Assembly: GCA_944392435.1 (NCBI GenBank)
Contig: CALXWQ010000002.1
Span: forward strand, 1 to 35,564
DNA from: an uncultured Clostridia bacterium
Lineage (GTDB): Bacteria; Bacillota; Clostridia; TANB77; CAG-508
Direction of reading: 5' to 3'
DNA: 35,564 bases
Position numbers and translations under genes: made by a program. Within the stretch, counting starts at the first letter, position 1. Every line of letters starts with the position of its first letter. Below, in pieces: positions 8,263 through 15,055 of the stretch. The notes beneath the pieces were generated by a model. It ran no database searches and was not told the DNA's origin. It saw only the letters and a program-made list of their open reading frames with translations.

Positions 8263-8433
8263 ATTTTGGGTAGAATCCGCTTTTAGTTGCCCCTGTTGAA
8301 TTTGATAATTTACATTTATGTTACCTATGTCTTTACCCCGCTTCATTGTTGTAATTAATTTAATTTTTCCCTAATTTATATTACTTTTCATCTTATATTT
8401 TATACTCTTACTAACTCTATTGTATAGTAGAAG

Positions 8434-8456
8434 ATATGTTCACCAGCAAGATTAGT
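8434..8456 (+). repeat. Family X remnant (right-arm fragment only)
   Basis: ATATGTTCACCAGCAAGATTAGT compares with ATATATCTACCAGCAAGATGGAAC in copy 1. No left arm is present. Confidence 0.45.
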
Positions 8457-8545
8457 TTATATACAAATTAACAGTCATATTATATTATATGCTGCTTGTA
8501 CCAAAAATATTACTAATTTCTATGCTGAATTGTATAAAATTACTA

Positions 8546-8641
8546 GTTACAATTCACGGCTATCTTTACAAAATAACGGTTGTAAATTATAGTAAAATAG
8601 TTACAATTTTTCACATACTTTTCACAAATCCGTTGTATAAT
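8546..8641 (+). repeat. Two tandem diverged family Z-like units
   Basis: Unit 1: GTTACAATTCACGGCTATCTTTACAAAATAACGGTTGTAAATTATAG. Unit 2: GTTACAATTTTTCACATACTTTTCACAAATCCGTTGTATAATAT. Each can pair GTTACAA with TTGTAA. Confidence 0.5.
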
Positions 8642-8692
8642 ATAAATAATTATGTTATTATAATATATATTAAAAAAGGAGGAAGCAAATTT

Positions 8693-9247
8693 ATGTGGTG
8701 GATTGTACTTATTATACTAGCAGTTATAATTATAGCTTTAATAGCATTATATAACAGCTTAGTTACAATGAGACTTAGAGTAAAGAACGCTTGGAGCCAA
8801 ATAGATGTCCAATTACAAAGAAGATTTGATTTAATTCCAAACCTTGTTGAAACAGTAAAAGGATACATGGCACACGAAGCTGATGTACTTACTAAGGTTA
8901 CAGATTTACGTTCTTCTTGGGCAGATGCAAAAACAGTTGATGAGAAGGCTAAACTTGATAATGAATTATCTGACACTTTAAAAACAATTATGGCTGTTGC
9001 TGAAAATTATCCAGATTTAAAGGCAAACCAAAACTTTTCAGAATTACAAACAGAACTTACAAACACAGAAAATAAGATTTCATATTCAAGACAATTTTAC
9101 AATGATACTGTAACTAGATATAACACAAAATTAGAAGTTTTCCCTTCAAATATTATAGCATCAATGTTCCACTTCACTGCTGAAACACTATTTGAAGTAG
9201 ACAATGCCGAAGCTAGAAAGAATGTAAAAGTTGATTTTAGCAAGTAA
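8693..9247 (+). CDS. lemA: LemA family membrane protein
   Basis: [11 protein letters not shown]...[35 protein letters not shown] is the LemA signature. AAGGAGG lies 9 nt upstream of the ATG at 8693. The track extension back to 8489 has no support. Confidence 0.9.
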   Translation: MWWIVLIILAVIIIALIALYNSLVTMRLRVKNAWSQIDVQLQRRFDLIPNLVETVKGYMAHEADVLTKVTDLRSSWADAKTVDEKAKLDNELSDTLKTIMAVAENYPDLKANQNFSELQTELTNTENKISYSRQFYNDTVTRYNTKLEVFPSNIIASMFHFTAETLFEVDNAEARKNVKVDFSK

Positions 9248-9252
9248 GATTG

Positions 9253-9295
9253 TTTTTTAAGTTATAGGAAATCCAATTTCCTATAACTTAAAAAA
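9253..9295. other. Perfect 20-bp stem / 3-nt loop palindrome just downstream of lemA
   Basis: TTTTTTAAGTTATAGGAAAT-cca-ATTTCCTATAACTTAAAAAA. No free U-tail on either strand, because the T- and A-runs pair with each other. It may still terminate lemA. Confidence 0.5.
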
Positions 9296-9514
9296 AGCTT
9301 AAAATCGTTATTGTTTTTGAGATATTCTACACACTTTATAGTACAAAGTATATTTCTCAATTTTTTATTTATTGGTAACGCACTCGCCATTTATAATGGC
9401 TCGGTTAGGTGTTTACACAAAATTCAATTTTTTTCAAATATACTTTTTGTGCTAAAGCTATAATCTAGCTAATTCTTCTTAATAGCAATAATTATAAAAA
9501 GGAATTGATTAATT

Positions 9515-10411
9515 ATGTATGAAGATATAAGAAATAATAAAATAAAAACAGGTGTAATTATAGCAATCTTTTTAGTAGTAATTACACTAATTGTATATTA
9601 TGTATGTATGGCATTTGATTTAGGCGAATTTTCAATTGTAATAGCCATGATTTTTTCAATTAGTACCTCATGGGCATCATATTATTATAGTGATAGAATA
9701 GTTCTTTCTGTCAATAGAGCTCATCCAGCGGATCAAGAACAATATGAAAAATTAAATAATATTTTGGATGGTTTGATGGTTGCATCTGGACTAGAACACA
9801 GACCAAAATTATATGTTGTGGACGACCCTCAACCTAATGCTTTCGCAACAGGTAGAAATCCAGAGAACTCAGTTATATGTGTCACAACAGGATTATTAGA
9901 TAAAATGGATTATTATGAACTTGAAGGTGTTGTAGCACATGAATTATCCCATATAAAGAACTATGATATTAGACTTTCAGCAGTAGTTAGTGTAATGGTT
10001 GGTTTTATTGTAATGCTAGCAGATTTTGTAAGCCGTGCTTTGTTTTGGGGAAGAGGCAGAGATAACGATGAGAAAGGAAATCCAATCCTAATGCTAATTG
10101 GCTTAATCTGCTTAATATTAGCTCCAATTTTTGGTCAATTAATGCAACTTGCATTATCTAGACGTAGAGAATTCTTGGCAGACGCCAGTGCAGTAGAACT
10201 TACAAGAAACCCAGATGGTTTAATATCAGCACTTCAAAAATTAGATAGTGACCCAAATGAACTTAGAACTGCAAATAATGCTACTGCATATATGTATATA
10301 GTAAGTCCATTTAAAGCAAATGCAAAAGATGGGAAGAAAAGAAAAACAAGTTTATTTTCAACTCACCCTTCTATAGATGATAGAATTGAGGCAATAAGGA
10401 ATTTGAAGTAA
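9515..10411 (+). CDS. htpX: HtpX-like M48 zinc metalloprotease
   Basis: HELSHIKNYD (HExxH), four TM segments, downstream REFLADASA. A LemA-HtpX neighbourhood is common. Confidence 0.9.
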   Translation: MYEDIRNNKIKTGVIIAIFLVVITLIVYYVCMAFDLGEFSIVIAMIFSISTSWASYYYSDRIVLSVNRAHPADQEQYEKLNNILDGLMVASGLEHRPKLYVVDDPQPNAFATGRNPENSVICVTTGLLDKMDYYELEGVVAHELSHIKNYDIRLSAVVSVMVGFIVMLADFVSRALFWGRGRDNDEKGNPILMLIGLICLILAPIFGQLMQLALSRRREFLADASAVELTRNPDGLISALQKLDSDPNELRTANNATAYMYIVSPFKANAKDGKKRKTSLFSTHPSIDDRIEAIRNLK

Positions 10412-10418
10412 GTCTACT

Positions 10419-11210
10419 TCAAATTCCAAAAATTTTATTAGTATTCTCAAATGTAATTCTAGCAATCTCATCTAGGCTCAATTGTTTTACATTAGCAATT
10501 TTTTCTGCAATATACTTAACATTCCTAGAATCGTTTCTTTTCCCTCTATGTGGCTCTGGTGACAAATATGGGCTATCAGTTTCAATTAAAATTTTATCTA
10601 ACGGAACCATTTCTATTATTTCATTTGCATTTTTAGAATTCTTGAATGTTACTGGTCCTGCAAAAGAAATATAAAATCCTAGCTTTAGTGCCTCTTTTAC
10701 TAATTCTCTATTCAATGGACAACAATGAAATACACCATTCTTTTTGACAATATGTTCTTTTAGTATTTGCAAAGTGTCCATAACAGCTTCTCTTGTGTGA
10801 ATTACAATAGGTAATTCATATTTATTAGCTAATTCTATTTGCTTTATAAAAGCATCTCTTTGAAGATTTCTTTTGTTTTCATCCTTTTCCCAATAATAAT
10901 CTAGTCCTATCTCTCCAATTGCTACTATTTTATTTGTATTTAATTCTTTATGTATAAATTCTTCTAGCTCTTTTAATTGTTCTTCAAGATTGCTTTTTTC
11001 TCCTGGAATATCATTTGGAGAAATTCCAGAAATTGTATACATCCAATCATACTTCTTTGCAATCTCTAAAGCATATTTTGAAGATTCTAAACTATACCCA
11101 GCATTAATTAATCTGGTTACCCCAGAATCATAAATATTTTGAATTAGCTCTTCTCTATCCTCATCAAATTTCTCATCATTGTAATGAGCATGTGAATCAA
11201 AAAGCTCCAT
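10419..11210 (-). CDS. tatD: TatD-family metal-dependent hydrolase/DNase
   Basis: MELFDSHAHYND..., GEIGLDYYW, VIHTREA, ETDSPYLSP motifs. Confidence 0.9.
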   Translation of the reverse strand: MELFDSHAHYNDEKFDEDREELIQNIYDSGVTRLINAGYSLESSKYALEIAKKYDWMYTISGISPNDIPGEKSNLEEQLKELEEFIHKELNTNKIVAIGEIGLDYYWEKDENKRNLQRDAFIKQIELANKYELPIVIHTREAVMDTLQILKEHIVKKNGVFHCCPLNRELVKEALKLGFYISFAGPVTFKNSKNANEIIEMVPLDKILIETDSPYLSPEPHRGKRNDSRNVKYIAEKIANVKQLSLDEIARITFENTNKIFGI

Positions 11211-11233
11211 TTTCCACGTTCACCTCTTTTTCT

Positions 11234-11632
11234 TTATTTCGCAACAAGTACTGCACTTGCCACAGCTACTTCCCCCACATGCGACAAACTAACATCTATA
11301 CTTTCCAAAGTAAAATCATCCACAGTTTTACTAATATTTTCTCTTAACTTATCCACATTAATATAAGGTTTTCCACACTCATTATTTAAAACTTCAATGT
11401 TCTTCCACAAAGCATCTTCTCTTCCATTAATAAACTCAGATATTGCTTTAAAGACTGCCTCTTTTGCAGCAAATCTTGCTGCATAATGTTGGTATTTCAT
11501 TGCTTTTGAAGCTTCACAATATTGTATTTCTTTTTCTGTATATATACGATTTAAAAAGCTATCTCCTAAATCCTCAATAGCTTTCCTTATCCTATCTACT
11601 TCAATTATATCTATACCTGTTGTAATTCTCAA
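11234..11632 (-). CDS. acpS: Holo-[acyl-carrier-protein] synthase
   Basis: (M)RITTGIDIIEVDRIRKAI...FAAKEAVFKA is the AcpS pattern. I place the start at TTG 11632, where GGAGG (11639-11643 on the plus strand) lies 6 nt upstream. The 38-aa hydrophobic track extension to 11746 looks spurious. Confidence 0.8.
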   Translation of the reverse strand: MRITTGIDIIEVDRIRKAIEDLGDSFLNRIYTEKEIQYCEASKAMKYQHYAARFAAKEAVFKAISEFINGREDALWKNIEVLNNECGKPYINVDKLRENISKTVDDFTLESIDVSLSHVGEVAVASAVLVAK

Positions 11633-11774
11633 ACTTTTCCTCCATTTTTTATTTATATACTCGAAAATAATTGGTGCTTGGGCTAGGCAAACGAACAAAA
11701 AAGCCAAAAGAGCATACTTCATGTAGTACTCTAAAGTTTTTTTCACATGTAAAGTTTACAACGCCAAAATCCAA

Positions 11775-13022
11775 TTATTTTTGAGCTATCCAAATTGCGA
11801 TAAGATTAATAACTAATATCACTGCCACGATTACCAAAGTAACTATATTATTCTTATTTAATTCTTCTACATTATGCTTTTTATATGTAACATCATATTC
11901 ACTTTTAAGCTTTACAAATGTATTTTCTATGTCCAATTTTTCATTCCATACTTTTTCAAGTCTATTTCCAAACTCTTCATTTGTAATATCTTGTATCCAA
12001 AGCCTTTTTGTAAAATCCAAAAAGCCTTTTTCTGCTTCTTTAAATTTATTTTTGAATTGATAATTTAATTTATTCAAGGTCATTTTTTTGTATAAAATTA
12101 ATATATACATATATAGATATTCACTTTCAAATTTTTGAGGTACTACTGTAAAATTCGTAGTATTTATATTTGATGTAAATAATACTGTACTAGACATTGT
12201 AAATCCATATCTTATATATTGATTTTTATAAATATTTTTTATCTCATCTATATTGCTATTTCTAGTTGCAAATTCATCATCTACCATCTGTGAATTTGCT
12301 GGTTGCACACTTCTATATTTCTCAAAAAGATTATTTAAGCTATCATTTTCTGTGTTCTCATTCCAATCTTTTTGATCCAAACAAGTATATGAATATACAA
12401 AGAACTTATCATTTCCGATATTTGCCTTTTTTGAGATATTATCTTTGCCTGTCAATTCTTTTATTAACATTGATATATCTTTTACATTCTTAAAAGAACT
12501 AGATTGTATTTTTATATTCTCATATTCTTTCAAATTATATGATATAGAATTAATTTCCCTAAATTTATAATTAAAATTTAAAATGTCTGAGAAATTGCAG
12601 TTGTCTTCTAAGTTAGTCTTAAACATTAAGAAGCATACACCTGATTTAAAACATATTATTTTTATCTCAGATATTTCGAAAAAAATTCCATTTTCTTCAT
12701 CAACTTTACCTTGCAAATTTTCTGTAAGCTCATAATTAAATATATTGCAATCATGTTCTGATAACAATGTAGATTTAAGTGTTGAATCCATTTTTTCAAA
12801 ATCTCTAATACTTTTTTTGTCTAGTCCAAAAGACCAAAACATATACTCTCGTATACTTGGTAAAAAATATGTGTATAAATGTATGTCTTTTTGCTTATCA
12901 AAAAATCTTATTTTGCATTTTTTGTTACGAAGTAAACCTTGTAAATATTTTTTATAGTTTTTTTCATCAATTACATATGGATAAATAAAATACGTATATT
13001 GATATTTTGTCATAAGTTCCAA
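11775..13022 (-). CDS. Hypothetical protein with a single C-terminal TM anchor
   Basis: 415-aa ORF. TTG start at 13022 has GGAGG 7 nt upstream. The C-terminus IVTLVIVAVILVINLIAIWIAQK is a TM helix. I recognise no family motif. Confidence 0.6.
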   Translation of the reverse strand: MELMTKYQYTYFIYPYVIDEKNYKKYLQGLLRNKKCKIRFFDKQKDIHLYTYFLPSIREYMFWSFGLDKKSIRDFEKMDSTLKSTLLSEHDCNIFNYELTENLQGKVDEENGIFFEISEIKIICFKSGVCFLMFKTNLEDNCNFSDILNFNYKFREINSISYNLKEYENIKIQSSSFKNVKDISMLIKELTGKDNISKKANIGNDKFFVYSYTCLDQKDWNENTENDSLNNLFEKYRSVQPANSQMVDDEFATRNSNIDEIKNIYKNQYIRYGFTMSSTVLFTSNINTTNFTVVPQKFESEYLYMYILILYKKMTLNKLNYQFKNKFKEAEKGFLDFTKRLWIQDITNEEFGNRLEKVWNEKLDIENTFVKLKSEYDVTYKKHNVEELNKNNIVTLVIVAVILVINLIAIWIAQK

Positions 13023-13041
13023 TTTAATTCCTCCTAGTTAA

Positions 13042-13070
13042 ATTATATGATAAATAGTTCCACATGGCAA
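13042..13070 (-). promoter_or_regulatory. Promoter-like element overlapping the end of X copy 3
   Basis: The minus strand reads TTGCCA-17 nt-TATAAT. The -35 lies inside the X core. The predicted start falls 1-2 nt before the GGAGG of the 415-aa ORF, an unusually short leader. Confidence 0.4.
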
Positions 13071-13135
13071 ACATATTTTTTATGCAAAACTTGGAGCAGA
13101 CAAAATATGTCTGCCAGCAAGATGAAACGAATTTT
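13055..13135 (+). repeat. Family X element, copy 3 (core)
   Basis: TAGTTCCACATGGCAAACATATTTTTTATGCAAAACTTGGAGCAGACAAAATATGTCTGCCAGCAAGATGAAACGAATTTT. It occupies most of the 128-bp spacer between two minus-strand genes. Confidence 0.8.
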
Positions 13136-13150
13136 ATAAATAATTCTATT

Positions 13151-14683
13151 TTATTCACTATCTGTAAAGTAATACAAATTCAAGTCTTCTCCTAAATGCC
13201 ATTTTCCAATAAACTGCACTAATATATTGTTATCCAAATTGTATGATGGTGACATAGCTACTTGCCCATTAGAATCTACTGCTCCCCATAATCCATTTTG
13301 TTTTACACTAGCATATCCATAATCATTTTGTTCTCTTGCTTCATCATATATATAATTAACAACGACATTACCATTTTTATCTACAAATCCATATTTTCCC
13401 TCATCGTTTTTACTTAAGTAAATAGTATTTGTAGAAAAAATATCTTTAGCAGTTTTTTCTTCAAATCTAAAATTATAGTATTTATCAATATCATCTACTC
13501 TTACTTTAATATAACCTTTTTCTTCATTTAATTCAGAAACTATTACTTTAGATAGCTTTACGGACAAATCTGAATCTATTAAATCTGAGGTATAATCATC
13601 ATTCATAGCCTCGTAAAAATTTCCTGCTCTTCTATAAACTATGTTTGAATAATTAAAATCTATAGGTGTATTTCCTTCTGAATTCATTATTCCGAATTTT
13701 CCATTATTATTTACTATATAATTGTTGCCAGTAGCATAAGTTATATTATCATATTTTATATCTATTATATTCTTTTCATCAGTTATTCCTACAACTCCAT
13801 ATTTATCATTCTTTATAACAATTGCATTCTCACCGTTTACAGAAACAATATCATCATATTCTCCTGATAAATATTTCTTTCCTTCAACATCAATAACTTC
13901 CCAATTGTCTCCTTCTTTTACAATATAATATTTTCCATTTCCATATACATTCTTGATGTCGTCATAATTTGTTTCTATTGCTACTGTTTTTGTATAGTTT
14001 ATAACTCCATATTTTCCTTCTTCATTTTTAACTATATATCCATTCTCAAATTGATTTGAAACTGGCTCTATAGCTTCATATTGGTTATCTATAATTACTG
14101 TACCTACATTATCAACTAGACCATACTTTCCATTTTTTTGTGTTAATAAACTATTTGTAACACCTTTTAAAGCATTTATTGAATCATAATCGCAACCAAC
14201 TATTTGTCCTCCATTTGTATCTATTATTCCATATTTTCCTCCTTTAGATACCTTAAGAATTCCTGACTCATACCACAAATTATTACTACTATCGTAATTT
14301 TCTATTGCCTCTACAGTATCATAATCTGTAAATAGTTCCTCGTTTTTTTCATTTAAAACCTTTGTCTTGTATGTACCATCTTCATAATTCACATCAGTTG
14401 TACATATAAATAATCCCTTTGTATTATCTGGAATAACTATATATTCATCATAATTTGGAGTAATTATTGTATTACCTCTTGAATCTATAACTCCCCACTT
14501 TCCTTCTGTATAAACTGGAAAGTATTTTAATGCTACTGCCTTTTCTACTTTATTGCCATCTGATTTAAATAATTTGCTTATTCCTATAAAAAACATAATT
14601 ATTACTGCAATTGCTATAATTACTGCAAATACTTTTTTTAAATTTAGCTTTTGTTCTCCCTCAAATCTTCTGCCTCTACTCAT
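13151..14683 (-). CDS. Membrane-anchored WG-repeat (KWG-type) protein
   Basis: N-terminal TM followed by at least 10 repeats of the type GKWGVIDSRGNTIITPNYD / GKYGIIDTNGGQIVGCDYD / GKYGLVDNVGTVIIDNQYE. Confidence 0.8.
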   Translation of the reverse strand: MSRGRRFEGEQKLNLKKVFAVIIAIAVIIMFFIGISKLFKSDGNKVEKAVALKYFPVYTEGKWGVIDSRGNTIITPNYDEYIVIPDNTKGLFICTTDVNYEDGTYKTKVLNEKNEELFTDYDTVEAIENYDSSNNLWYESGILKVSKGGKYGIIDTNGGQIVGCDYDSINALKGVTNSLLTQKNGKYGLVDNVGTVIIDNQYEAIEPVSNQFENGYIVKNEEGKYGVINYTKTVAIETNYDDIKNVYGNGKYYIVKEGDNWEVIDVEGKKYLSGEYDDIVSVNGENAIVIKNDKYGVVGITDEKNIIDIKYDNITYATGNNYIVNNNGKFGIMNSEGNTPIDFNYSNIVYRRAGNFYEAMNDDYTSDLIDSDLSVKLSKVIVSELNEEKGYIKVRVDDIDKYYNFRFEEKTAKDIFSTNTIYLSKNDEGKYGFVDKNGNVVVNYIYDEAREQNDYGYASVKQNGLWGAVDSNGQVAMSPSYNLDNNILVQFIGKWHLGEDLNLYYFTDSE

Positions 14684-14849
14684 GCTATAACATCATTCCT
14701 TCCTTCAAAAGTTAGTATTTTGCATGTATACTATATCATTTTTTGAGACTAATTACAACATTTTTTGCACAATTTTCACAAAAAAGGGGACTGTTTAGAG
14801 CTTTTCGTTTTTTTGTTGTATACAGCTTTAAACAATAATAAAATAGACA

Positions 14850-14960
14850 CTACTTTTTACACTTCACGACTGACCTATTTACACTTGTAAGGCAAGAAAT
14901 AACATTTTCTTGCCCTATATTTATGAATAGCAATTGGCAAGTCTTGAAGTGCAAAAGTAG
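14850..14960. repeat. Family Z-like long hairpin (21-22-nt arms) with an internal 9-bp hairpin
   Basis: Arms CTACTTTTTACACTTCACGACT / AGTCTTGAAGTGCAAAAGTAG give 19 paired positions. Internal hairpin GGCAAGAAA-taacat-TTTCTTGCC is at 14891-14914. TTACACTTCACGACT resembles the Z TIR TTACAATTCACGGCT, and the A-to-C change is matched in the partner arm (GAAGTG versus GAATTG). Confidence 0.6.
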
Positions 14961-15005
14961 CAAAAAAACACACCCAAAAATGTCATTCCACATTCCAGGT
15001 GTGTT
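14961..15005 (-). terminator. Probable terminator downstream of spoIIE
   Basis: The minus strand reads AACACACCT...(21-nt loop)...GGGTGTGTT followed by TTTTTTT. The large loop lowers confidence. Confidence 0.5.
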
Positions 15006-15055
15006 CCTTTTGCCAAAAAGCTTTTACCAAAAGAAGTGTTCCCTTTGTTAAAGTC

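Noticed and set aside
8263-8352. c-di-AMP (ydaO-type) or other riboswitch upstream of the cell-wall hydrolase gene.
   Set aside because: A perfect TTGACA-17-TATAAT promoter lies downstream of this segment at 8234-8262, so the segment is not in the leader. The conserved ydaO blocks I remember (ACGGAGGAACC, CCGACAGCTAAC) are absent.
8489-8692. 68-aa N-terminal extension of the LemA ORF in the track.
   Set aside because: There is no RBS, and the translation is AT-rich junk covering the Z-like repeats. A strong AAGGAGG precedes the internal ATG at 8693, where the LemA homology begins.
11633-11746. Hydrophobic 38-aa N-terminal extension that would make AcpS a membrane protein.
   Set aside because: AcpS homology starts exactly at the TTG at 11632, which has a well-spaced GGAGG. 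The ATG at 11746 has no RBS.
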